Shown: positions 47,501 to 59,244, numbered from the whole stretch's first letter. The stretch is DNA of 63,938 nt, filler included, from Lenisia limosa (GCA_001655205.1; 13 parts of 13 records of this genome joined end to end with filler, not necessarily neighbours in it); one strand, 5' to 3'. The notes: generated from the sequence alone by a model not told the origin. Numbers and translations are program-made.

Positions 47501-47676
47501 AAACAAATGACAAAAACCAACTCTCAACCATCTTTTATTACTACCTTACATTCACATTCATAGGACCCAACACTCATGCATTTTACATTAATAGGACCCT
47601 CCAACCGAGGTCAAGGACGTTGAGGTCATTGAGGATCTCACCCCCTCCCAATTCGCCTCCAAACACGGTGTAGAAC
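44532..47676 (-). CDS. Kelch-repeat + SAM-like domain protein with Ala/Ser-rich C-terminal region (partial)
   Basis: Exons FYTVFGGELGGGEILNDLNVLDL, PPTARSCHTA, ...TLVIYGGADVNRQFKDIYAVYL (Kelch GG/DL motifs), then EDGLSSLLQRNGLQKFFPLLLQSGISSIASLAKMSIE (SAM-like helix pattern); several exons fall in gaps. Confidence 0.68.
46161..46205. repeat. 15-bp perfect tandem x3
   Basis: TGTTTTGGTTAATAA x3. Confidence 0.9.
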
Positions 47677-48000
47677 CTGGGGGGGGGGGGNNNNNNNNNN
47701 NNNNNNNNNNNNNNNNNNNNNNNNNNNNNNNNNNTTAATTAATTAANNNNNNNNNNNNNNNNNNNNNNNNNNNNNNNNNNNNNNNNNNNNGAAGGACCTA
47801 CCACCTGCACCTCCACCAGTGGACGTCGAAGGACCTACCACCTGCACCTCGGGGTCACGTCTGGGGGAGGGAGGGAGGTGCAGCCTTTTCCTGGCTTCAT
47901 AAGTGTGACTAGTTGAGAGAAAGTCTTCGAAAAAGACGTATTCAGGATATTAGCGAAGACATTTGCTACTTTTTGAGGAATGAACATTAACGTCCACCAG

Positions 48001-50823
48001 GGGATGTCAGCCCTCAACGGAATTCCGACCGGAGGGCAATTCCTTCTTGATGCCATTTTGAACGAGTGAGCATTGGGTTGTAAAAACGTCTTCTTTTTCT
48101 CCTGATTGGCGAGTTTTACAAAATTTGCATACCTTTCTGACTATTTTAGTTTGATCGATTACGATGAGTAAGCAACTTGGGAGTACGTATGATATGTTGC
48201 AATTGAGCTGTTGCCTACTTTTATTTTCATTTCGAATATCATCCTTGGATCTATCTAGAATTTCAGCATTTTGTGGTATCTAGGGCTTCACCCGGGTACG
48301 AAATAGATCGCTGAACTCTCGACATATACATATAGTATATTATTATATTATGTAGATATTATATCGATAATTTATCAAGAAATTCCCTCACTGGATTGGA
48401 GTGAAGCCTTAGTGGTATCGCAGGAAGACCTGCTGATTTTTTACTCAAGTCACCACCAATATTTTTGTTGTTCTCAACCTTCGTTGATTTTGGTTTTTTT
48501 TTTTTTTTTTTTTTTCCCCAAAAAAATCCTATTTTACTCCCCAAGATTCCTCAATGGATCGCGAAACGAGGCCCAGTTCAGTTCATTCAGTACCACGATT
48601 CCGAAAATGGTGTCTATTCCAGCCCAAGCCATTCCTCTCGGTATGCTGGGGAGGTATGCAGAAAGCTGTGTGCTCAGAGTTGTAAGGCAAATGTCTGGGT
48701 TTGTCCGCAATATTGACCATTTCATTTTTCCTCATACATCAGCCATAATCTCTGCAATTGGATTTGTACCCTCGGAAGATGGGGTTTACCAGGACCAGAC
48801 GGACTCCGTACAGCAGGCAATCCGAATTATGTTTGTTGTCGTCCCAACGATATGCACTTTTTCGGGTTGGTGGTTTGTTTCTTGTTCACTGCATGCAATT
48901 TGTTAACAAGGGATTTACTGTTCTCAAAATGAGCCATTTTAATACCAATAGGGGGATTGTCTTTTTTTTGAACAAAATTTTCCTATCTTGAATATATGAT
49001 ATGATATATTATATATATAGTTATGTATGATAGTTAGGATCTGTCGTGAGTAGTACTATTCATTGAGGAGGGGCTTCAGTGACCATCTTCACTCGTTTCT
49101 TTCGTTGTTTATCATCTACCTAATAACCATTTCAGCCTTTTTGGTGAAGCTCAAGTTCCCCATCAAGACTCAACGTGGAGGGGGGGGGGAGGACGGATAA
49201 CCTATTAATATATTGATATAATATAATATACTATATAATATCATATCATTTACTATTATATTACTTGTGTGTTATAGTTATTTGTTATATCAGAATCTGA
49301 TTTCCAGCCACTGTCCGTTATAATGCATTGGTCTCTTCGCTTATCCTCAGATCAATAAGGTTCCTTTTGGATTGACGAACTCAGAGATTGTGGAGGTCAT
49401 CATGACTGGAGTACAGGCCCATATGAACGACCTTGGTTATGAGGACCCTATCACCGGCGAGTAGTGGGAGGGTATCTTGCCCTTGTAGATAGGATGTTTT
49501 ATATTTTGTCTTTCATCTTTCCTTTTTGTTCACAAAACTGGCACGTTTTCGTGTTTGTGTTTTGGTCATTGTACCTCAACTGAGAGATCTAAAGAGCTAA
49601 TTCTCGATAAATTGGTAACCGGTAATGCGAATGATATCAAAGTCTTTTGTTGAACCCAGATTACTGACAACTAACACTGACAGTATTGAGCTCCTGAAGC
49701 TCTCTCAGAAGGAACAGGACTACGCTAATCGCCTCGACAACTTCGCTTGGAAGTGCGCGGGGGGGGGGGGCATTAAAGAAATGGNNNNNNNNNNNNNNNN
49801 NNNNNNNNNNNNNNNNNNNNNNNNNNNNNNNNNNNNNNNNNNNNNNNNNNNTCAGTCGAGACGCCTCCTTCCTAGTCAAACGCATCCGAGGCATGATTGT
49901 CCTCACTGTCATCATGTTCATTCTCTTCGTCACTACTGTTGTCTTTACTTTCAGGTAGGGGTGTTTTTGAGCACTGATTGTATTTAGTTTTTTTATCACA
50001 TATTTGAGCCAGTAATTAACACTTGCACATGTAGTAAATATTATTGTTCATACATTTGGAGAAGTCACAGATATCCGCTGTTTTGTACTGGATGCAACCA
50101 TGTGATATTTTAGATTCCTGTCCGACCCTGCCTTGGCATGGGTACCCTCATTTGCTGTTATCAGTGCAGGTAAGGGGCTAACATCTTACCAGGTGGTATT
50201 TGTATTGATATAGATGAAAGTTTCCTCTCTCACAAAGTAATGAAACTGAAGAATTGTCAGATCTCATCTTGTTCTTTCCATTTGCTTTTCATAGCAGTGG
50301 AATCTGAGTATGATATGTAGCTTGTAGTATATGATATCATGTGAAATACTAGTAGACTATTTGCATACAAATGATACAATATTAACGATCCAAACCATCT
50401 TGACTGTCCTTCAGGCCTCTGCATGACGGCGACGGCTATAAACACTCTGCGTCTCATGGCTGCAAAGAACCTCAAGAAAGACCCTCCTCCAACCGACCTT
50501 GTCAGGTTTGTTCCTGAATGGTAGAGATAAGAGGGTCAGGTAATGAGATTCAGTGATGGGGACGTCTTGATCTATTTTCCTTGGGAAATCACATAGCAAA
50601 TCGGTCAAGACTTATCGCGGTCACTGTATTATTCGAAGTTAGATGGAGGACTGAATGATGGTGGTGAAGTAGATGAGATTAGTCTACACATTTGCCTTCA
50701 CGATTCTAGACGGATTGTCCAGCATAAGACCAAGGGACAGAGAGGTGGAAGTTTGATCTTTGATCAGAATCTCATTTCCAGCTGGAAGGAGAAGGAGGTT
50801 GAAACGGCATATGAAACGGATTA
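48001..50823 (+). CDS. MFS transporter, glycoside-pentoside-hexuronide (GPH/MFS_2) family, C-terminal half with extension
   Basis: GQFLLDAILNDLIDYDEFLNGSRNEAQFSSF...AIGFVP...QTDSVQQAIRIMFVVVP (DxxDYDExxxGxRxE motif); exons from 48001-48065, 48150-48167, 48546-48640 and 48741 onward. Confidence 0.85.
48281..48411. mobile_element. hAT-like MITE with perfect 8-bp TSD and an internal AT-rich insertion
   Basis: GTGGTATC (48273-48280) - TAGGGCTTCAC...GTGAAGCCTTA - GTGGTATC (48412-48419). Confidence 0.88.
50551..50628. mobile_element. Tc1/mariner-like MITE
   Basis: CAGTGA...CTTATCGCGGTCACTG-TA; same 76-bp length as the copy at 27838-27913. Confidence 0.65.
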
Positions 50824-51369
50824 CGTAAGCGGTGCAAACTTGCCTTTTATGGAAACTCATTGTTTTATACTTTTGGTAAAAAAATTTGTTTTGAAATGCA
50901 CGGGGAGAACATTATTATGGGTCCCATTCAACGCATTTCTTATCAATCGTCCAGGACACCATGTATAAGAGTTGCCATGCGAAGGAGTTTTCTAGTGGAA
51001 TGGACTTGGGTGGCTCGGAGTCGGAACTGAGATCAATTGATCATGTGGGGAGGGGGGGGGGATCCAAGATAATTGTATATATCTAAGAGATGAGGGGGGT
51101 AAAGGAGAATGTATAGGGGAGGTATAATTGCATCAAAGGGGCACTTTTAGGTGACACTTGATTTGTAATTGATTCGTGACTCATTTTCTGACTTATTAGC
51201 CCGGGGCAGGGGTACATGAGGATGAAGTTTAGTTTATAAATGTTTTCGTAAAAATGTATTTTTGACATCACAAGATAAGGAAATACACAGAAGAAACAGA
51301 CTCAAACTAAACATCTTATGAATATCTCAATAATAGACAATAATAATAACTTATAATGCTCTTATTCAT

Positions 51370-54300
51370 TCACAAAGTACCATATGTTCCCGCAGTCTGC
51401 GAGTACAGCAGCGACTTTTTTGTAGAGCTCCACAGATGAGCGTTGGGCTAAAATTGTTGTTAGTTTCCAGCTCAAAAACTATGGCCTAAAGAGGCATTTA
51501 GCTATTTTTTGGCGAGATTGGGTGATTGGAAGAGTTACTCTGACAGGAGGATGATTTTGTCCATTTGCCCAATTAAAAATCAATACCTGTCTTGTTTTGG
51601 CATTGGTACTCCCCCCCCCCCCNNNNNNNNNNNNNNNNNNNNNNNNNNNNNNNNNNNNNNNNNNNNNNNNNNNNNNNNNNNNNNNNNNNNNNNNNNNNNN
51701 NNNNNNNNNNNAAATCGCAGCGTCGGCTTCGTTTCATCTAAAAGTTACTGTGAAGACTAATTTTAATTATGATTTGTGCCTTTCGTCCCATAAGCATATG
51801 TAGCAATGAGAAATTAAAAATAAGGTATAATAATCTAATATTAATTCACCCATTCATTTGCCAACCTGCTGTGGTGGACGACAGAGTCTTGCTCAAAACT
51901 AAAAACAGTCATAAACATAGGATGAAGGCCGTGGGCTTTATGAAACACATTAGTGGTAATCTAAGAAAGACCATGAATTGGAAGTGAATATGGGAAAGTC
52001 CATTCTATCGGCAAACTCTTCTCCCTGCAAAGCTCATCATAGTCTAGTACGCTCTTGTGGTACAGGTTCTCCAGAAGGAGACGACATACCCAAAAAGGTG
52101 ACCTTCGCAGTCATTAGAGCCAACAATAACTGGGCAGAAGTGTTTAAGGTCGTAGTGGTGATTGATGATGGTGAATGAACGTAGTAGATACTATGATGAT
52201 GTCGTGGAAGTAGTGACTATGATGTATGTATGCTGTGAGAAAATGTTAGCTGTTCACACAATTCATGCAAGTGAATACTGCATTTTATCACTCTTGTTAA
52301 ACTGCACTTTCGATACTCTGATGATCTACTGACCAACAGCCAGCAAACCGCAAGCGGCAATGATGTTAATATAGCATTAAACTTACATTTTATCTTGCTT
52401 CTTCAGTTGGAAAAGAGTAATGTCACCCTAAAGAGATGAAAAATACCCTATTACAAGAGATTTAATGGATATTTTTATCTTCCAAAAAAGAATATAGCGG
52501 AGGAAAATAATTCCAAAATAGCTAAAAACAGGAACCCCACCAAGTGCTTCAGTTTCTTCACGGTTGGGGAGTCACAGACAATAGAGTCGTTCGGACTAAT
52601 GCCCTCGAGACAATTTGCTCGTATTGTCGCTTCGCCCCACTAGACATGAGAAATCACACATGAATGGTGAATCATATCAATTCAACAGTGTGGTGTGTTT
52701 TAAGAAGTTAGTTCTGTAGGAACAGTACCATGAGATAACGAGGTCTTATTGTGTCGATAATGCCTGATACTGCTTGACCAGTTGACACTCCCATTCGAAC
52801 GTGAAAATCTGCGAAGTTTTTTGAATGGTCAAACAATGAACCGATATTTATTACACTAGTTTTGGGTATTGTGTCCACATTTGACCCCCTATTGAAGAGG
52901 ACGCTTACCAAAGCTTTTTGCTCTCTCTTGGAGGCGCCAGCTCTGCAATAGTTACAATTTGGGACGAATATTGCAATTTGTTTATGATTCAATTTAGCTT
53001 GTTCTAAGCAGTTTTTGATTTGCGCTTACAATTAAAGACAGGTTTGCCTGAATATGCATGGCAAGATCAACTGTTGCTGACTGGAAAATTATATTAATTT
53101 CCATGAAATCTTCGAACATTGATACCATATGATACCTTATATATATTTATATAACATGACACCTTATGTATTTTATAACATGATACCTTATGTATATAGT
53201 ATAATCATATGATATACTATCATGATAGGGTACAAGAAAATGCCACGGATTATCCAACAGATGGATTTGGGGAGGTGTCTTCTGTGAGGGCAGCCTTGGG
53301 AGTTAAAGGAAACCAAATGCGAAGTCAATAATGATGGAATGATATGAGGATGCCTGGATACCAAAGGTGTGGATCTTTGGCGTAACCCAATGATAGAAGA
53401 AATAAATCGAAAAGTTGAAATCATGAACAAACAACACAGTGTTACATCGATTCGAATATCACCACGATAAGGTATTCTCAAGAAGTTTTCGGTCTAATAG
53501 AAAAGCACCATCAACCCCACCAACCACCCAACAATCGCCAATTGTGTACAATCGATTGCATTCACTTTCTTCGCACAAGGCATCAAATTGCCCAACTAAT
53601 ATATTAGTATTGTTAATGGATTGAAATTCACTTAGGCCAGAAACATAATCAAGTTTGATTTTTGTTGGTAATCATGGGAGCACCAACTTATTATTTTGAG
53701 ACATTCAAACAGAATGTTTGTGGGGAGATGAGAGGCTGTGTAGGTGTAATTCACCAGATCAATCTAAAGAGTCATTTGTGTTTTATCAATGCATACTGAT
53801 CAGGGTTTGACTTCAGTTTCAAAAATTTGATGTAATTGATGTTTCTTTGGGAATGATAAACTCTTATATAGCAAAAAAGTCAAGCCTATTATCTTTGCAA
53901 TTTGATCACTACCCCAATACTCTGCACCAGTCTCTTTCCCATTTACCTGAAGAATGGATGTTTCGAAAAATTCGTTCATTAGTCGCTCAGAGTTCAGCAG
54001 TCGTGTAATGACTGTTGTGGAAAATAAGTCTCTTCAACTTGTTTTATAATGACACAAACCCCCCATCCTTTACCCTTTTCAATAACACCAACAACCTTAT
54101 TTCAGTCTCAACTCCAAGCAGATCCCATTTACCAGAAGAAGGCACAAGGCTTCCCATGCACTTTGACAGAATTGCTTGCCTCTTCTCCTGCAGCTTCTGA
54201 AGGAATGACACAAAATAGATCAAGTAGCTATATCATATATTATTTATACCATATCGACATATACATGCACTACATTTATACATGTGTACCCCATTTGTCA

Positions 54301-55430
54301 TCACAAAGCTTCAAAAAAGAAATATTATTATCAAGAGATTTAACGTTCTTGTTCCGATAGGGCACTTACAACAGAAAGAAACAACTCCCGTGATTCTCGT
54401 TCAGTTCGGTAGGCGATCTGTACGGCAAACGCCAAATGGAATATGAGGATAAGGAGTCGTAAGCAGATGAACTGGCTGTTTTGATAAATGAACATTTTTG
54501 ACACAATATCAAGGATTATTTGAAATTATTGAAGTACCATTTAGAGTAGTTTTTTTTAAAAAAAAATGAAAACTGGACTTGACTAGTCCCTACATTTGAA
54601 CACCGACATAGAAGGAAGCGGCACAATGATACGTCAGTATTAATAGAGCCGTCACCAATCTGACACATTACTCGCTTGCGAAGACTACACTGGCTTACGA
54701 GTGCTTGAACATAATGTTTCCATTCATAAAATGAGCGACGAAAAGCATCAGTGTGTCAGCAAGGAAGTAGTCCTGTCTAGAGCTGTCATAGGTGCGTGAA
54801 AACCCCCAATAAAGTCATTTGACTGATTAGCAATCTTGCTGATAACACTTACTCCAAAATAGCATCTCCATCCCAAGGTGAAGCGTGGAGCAAACATATT
54901 ATTGACACGAAGGGATGGATGAAGCAGATGAGTCTGAAGATGAAAAGGACCATGGTCACCAACTTTCTTAAAGGGTTGAGTATGATGAGGAATAAATCAA
55001 GAATGAGAGATAAAGTAGCGATTTTTGTAACCATAAGTCGACTCTGAAAAGTGAATAATATGTCCAGACTACCTCTGATGCAGGCATAAATGGGGCTTGA
55101 TTATATCTAAAACCTTGTTAGACACCAATTATACGAGAAACTTACTTCACGAACAAGAGCAATGAGACTGCAATAAACGCAGTAAGGCACCCAAGTAACT
55201 GCATATTCTGAGAGAATAATCAATAACATTTCTATGCCTACTCTATGGTCTTTGACAATCCATTTATTGGTGAACTCTCGTTCAAAGCTTCCAATCTGTG
55301 GACAGTATAATTGATTATGTACAAGTAAATGGCTTATCATTTGTTCAGATCCTCCTACGCTAGTTTGAACCAATTCTGATTCCATTCCGACAAAATCCGA
55401 TACTTTAGCACTGTGTTGAACTTTTGTGAA
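51370..55430 (-). CDS. Membrane class III adenylyl/guanylyl cyclase-like protein (TM cluster + one C1-type catalytic domain); probably extends upstream to about 56600
   Basis: Hydrophobic exons at 54700-55230, then IAYRTERESRELFLSV / KLQEKRQAILSKCMGSLVP / ...FETSILQ|IDLVNYTYTASHLP...IGQFDALCEESECNRLYTIGDCWV|AALTEDTSPNPS|SATVDLAM...FHVRMGVSTGQAVSGIIDTIRPRYLM|WGEATIRANCLEG (exons incl. 53763-53688, 52808-52729, 52639-52562). The lower boundary is approximate. Confidence 0.85.
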
Positions 55431-56773
55431 GGAAAGAAACCTGAATGTTAATATCATCTGAAGTTATTGTAATACACTATAGCTTGTGTAATACAAAACA
55501 TTACCACTGAAATATATACATATCATATCATCAAATATGGTGCGACTAGTTAGATACACGATATTTTATCTTTTCAGTATCAGTTTCAGCATGTCCTACA
55601 GTTGGTGTATTCCAACACTGAGCAAAGAGAAGACCTAAACAGTCAGTTCATTTCAAATAAGCCTTTTCGGTTAAAATTATCCAGAAATTGTATTACGAGG
55701 ATTCAAACAGTTATTTACCAATGGCAGAAAATGGAAAACAGCATCACAAACCTCTTCCATATGAAAGCCCTTTTCATCCATGTTCTGTCTACATTGGTCA
55801 TATATTTCTTATTTTTTTTCAACTTACTGTCTTAAGCGAGTGCCAATTTCATTAAGTATTTCGATTTGGCCATTATAATGGGCAAAGAGATCAGGCGAGC
55901 TTAAAGGTATGAATCTTCAATATTCAAACTCACAATCTATCGGGGACTTGCGGTTTGCTTTTTGTTGGTTGAAAAAGACAATTGGTCATTTTTTGGATCT
56001 AAAACCAGTCAGATTACATTTCGTTGCTTACTGAAGGCTTTTTCTTTGAAGTCACAGGACCTGATTGGGTTACTCTCAAAAATGCTATCAATTCACACTT
56101 TACTTAACGGACTGGCTTTCGGTTTCTGATACCCAAACAATTAAATCGATATTTTCCCTATGATAAACACTAATTTATTTAGGAGCGAAAATTTGTAATG
56201 GTACCTTAGCCAGAACCAGTGGGCGGAATCATACCCTCCAAAAGACCGTTTAATCTTCAAAGCCCGCCACCAACTAGTATTGGGCGACAGCTTTGGAGTA
56301 TGTTCAAGGACCTCCATTAATGCGTCGTCAGCTTCAGATTGGCACTTCCAGACAGGAATCTGTCCAACTCCTTTGGCGTTCACCTTCGATTGTTATTGGA
56401 TCCTGCGTAACAGAATCAGCATGTTGTTTTTAGCCCAGATGTGCTCCGGTAGTGTTTGTTTTAATAAAATTGAGACATATTACAATATTAAAACTATTGC
56501 ATTACGTTTATCATGTCACCAACATACATATGATTCAAATTCCGCAGTCCAACTGCTGTGGTCAACTGTAACATTGATGTCAAGTTGTTGCCTACAAAGG
56601 TAAAGACACTATTAAACAATCTATTGAACTAACAGTATACTATAGTATATGATATATATATATATATATATATNNNNNNNNNNNNNNNNNNNNNNNNNNN
56701 NNNNNNNNNNNNNNNNNTTAATTAATTAANNNNNNNNNNNNNNNNNNNNNNNNNNNNNNNNNNNNNNNNNNNN

Positions 56774-56924
56774 CCAAGCAAACGAGCTACAATCGTAATA
56801 ACCCCAAGCAAATGAGCTGCAACCGTAATAACCACAAGCAAATGAGCTGCAACCGAAACAACCCAGCAAGTGACCTGCAGCCGTAATAACCCCAAGCAAA
56901 CGAGCTACAACCGTCATAACCCCA
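56774..56924. repeat. 30-bp minisatellite, about 5 copies
   Basis: CCAAGCAAA(C/T)GAGCT(A/G)CAACCGTAATAACC units, one shortened to 28 bp. Confidence 0.88.
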
Positions 56925-57074
56925 ATAATTAAATCATCTACACCGCCCGTCCCCACCTCGACACACGAAGTTTGTGCGGCAGTGACCGCGTAGCCGGTAG
57001 TGCTACGAGGAAACTACATAATGACGCGATAGGTGGGAGGTATGTAAAGGTAATACTAGCAAAACAGTAGTAGT

Positions 57075-57524
57075 ATGAACTTGAATTGTGGTGAAAAGGC
57101 GCGCAAAAAGAAGTATCCGGTGAATGCGTTTTATATGGGCCCTATTTGCATTTGTAATGGTAAGATGTACATGAAAACGGGCAGTCTGGAGAGAAGAATT
57201 GAGGAGGACAAGATTCCTGAAAGAGTCCCCATGGATACCTACTTTAAGTTCTCTGATCTTCCTGAAGCTTCAGTTGCACTCACTCCATTCAAGGATGCAA
57301 TGTGTCACATCAAGATCGCATCACCGACTGATAGGTGCCCCATACCACCATGCGTACTTCGCAGTCTTCTCGCATCAGGCGCCAACATCATCCTCGCAGG
57401 CCCGGCATTGTCGGCGCTATTGACTTCAGTTGGCGCATCAAAAGATATCTTGTCCAATGCGAATGTTGTAAATTCGTCTCTCAAAGGATCCAACCTATCG
57501 GCTCAAGAAGGATTGACGACCTAA
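57075..57524 (+). CDS. 149-aa intronless ORF of unknown function upstream of the Ulp1-like region
   Basis: Only a stop-free frame with plausible composition; no motif recognised. Confidence 0.3.
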   Translation: MNLNCGEKARKKKYPVNAFYMGPICICNGKMYMKTGSLERRIEEDKIPERVPMDTYFKFSDLPEASVALTPFKDAMCHIKIASPTDRCPIPPCVLRSLLASGANIILAGPALSALLTSVGASKDILSNANVVNSSLKGSNLSAQEGLTT

Positions 57525-57670
57525 TGACCGAAGCCATCCAGTAAGGATGGGGGCGAGGGGGAGCGGGGGAACTCCACCTAATTAATATTCCGGGAGGCTA
57601 CCGGATTGGAGAATCCCGGGGATTTACGTAAAACCCCGGAGAATCTCGGAAGCGTCCCGGAGATTGATGC

Positions 57671-58454
57671 GATATCATACCACTATCGCCGGGAATGCTG
57701 CTTGACATACACACGATGAATGCAAGTACTTGAGCTTATTCTATTCTATCCTTTTTTTAGTTCAACCCTTAATGTTCACCAAGGGCCGTATGTGAACCTT
57801 GTAACAACGACACGGGTTTTGCCTGCAGGTCTTATGCTTTGGAGACATACACCGACGGGTAGGCTCCTGGGCTTATATTTCTATCATAACGTTCATCAGA
57901 CCGTCCCCCCTAACAATGTCGTCGAAAACAGCTACTAGCGTCCGGCACCTCACGGACGGAAAGAAGGTTGTATTACTTCCACTGTGTTCGTCAAAGTATG
58001 GTACATGATGTGTAACTCTATAATAACACCTTTGTAGCCATTGGGCCTCGTGGCTTACGTGCGACAGAAGGAACAAATCTACCTACTTGATCCTAGCCAT
58101 GCCTTTCCTGACGTTTCCCTGTCGCCGACGGAACAACTGGCTTACGGGCGTGCAAATGGTTTGTTACCGTCATATGCGTCCTTGTTTTCTTCTTCCCCCC
58201 ACCCCCCTTCTTTAACAGCTCCTCCGTTTAGTGTCTGGCCGGCAGTCACCAGTGAACGCCTGGGTGTCGGTATCAACAACGTCCTGACGGACGGCTTTAA
58301 CTGCGGACCACATGTTGTCGCTTACATGGAGGCTATTTTGGCAAACGTAGACTCCTTCTGCACTAACCCTTCTGGCTTCCTTGCCGGCAGGACATGCAGT
58401 CCCCCGGAAACTGTTCGCGAAATTGTATGTGGTCTAAGGATTGCTTCCCTCTAA
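57671..58454 (+). CDS. Ulp1/SENP-like C48 cysteine protease domain, frameshifted as assembled
   Basis: DIIPLSPGMLLDIHTMN...KKVVLLPLCSS|N-HW(G)LVAYVRQKEQIYLLDPS...TDGFNCGPHVVAYME. His (58039) and Asp (58089) are 17 residues apart as in SENP-type proteases; Cys at 58302; 42-nt intron 57996-58037; needs a frameshift at GGG 58043-58045 and probably another at the C-run near 57905. Confidence 0.72.
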
Positions 58455-58866
58455 TATGTTGTTTCTCAGTGCCAATAACTTTGTTAGTTACGGCTAAACA
58501 TCGTGAAGCACCGTGTCGACCAGCGCCTCCGTGCTATCAAGGTGAGATTATGATGGCAGGGACGTGTTGTAGCAGTGAAATTTGAAAAATGTTGACTTGG
58601 CGATTGCAGGAGTACGATTTTTAACCCTGTTGCAGGAGTCCGCAGCCCGGCCGACCGATGTGAAGCCTACCACCAACGCCACGTCTTCCCCAGGCCAGGT
58701 TTGTCGCTGAGTGACTACATACGCCGGGGGTGGGGGGAGTATTGACTTGGCGATTGCAGGAGTACGNNNNNNNNNNNNNNNNNNNNNNNNNNNNNNNNNN
58801 NNNNNNNNNNTTAATTAATTAANNNNNNNNNNNNNNNNNNNNNNNNNNNNNNNNNNNNNNNNNNNN

Positions 58867-59244
58867 CTACACTCTTGCCGAAAACGCAGGTCTCCCCGCC
58901 ATCAAGATTGTGACCGAGCTCCGCAATCGCCATCGTAACAACGAAATCCATGCCGGTGTCAACGTCAAAAAGGTACCATTTCTTTTCTTCCTTCGTCAGC
59001 ATTATTATGAACAAAATCCCAATCTTATTTGCTCTCTTAATATTACAGGGCGGTATTTCTGATATCCGTGAGGAGAATGTGATCCAGCCTCTTCTTGTGT
59101 CTCACAGTGCTATGACCCTCGCTACTGAGACAGTCCAAATGCTGCTCAAGATTGACGACATCGTATGCTCTTTTTTTTTCACCAAAACTTTTATTTATTA
59201 TTTGATTTTTTTTTCGTCTAATACTTCAGGTTGGAACCCGGTAA
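58867..59244 (+). CDS. CCT4: Chaperonin CCT/TRiC subunit delta, C-terminal part
   Basis: Exons 58867-58972, 59049-59162, 59230-59244: [22 protein letters not shown]...[49 protein letters not shown]. Confidence 0.92.

Noticed and set aside
338-56924. 30-42 bp repeats (338, 30876, 38041, 56774) as CRISPR arrays
   Set aside because: Head-to-tail tandems with no unique spacers, no cas genes, and a eukaryotic context.
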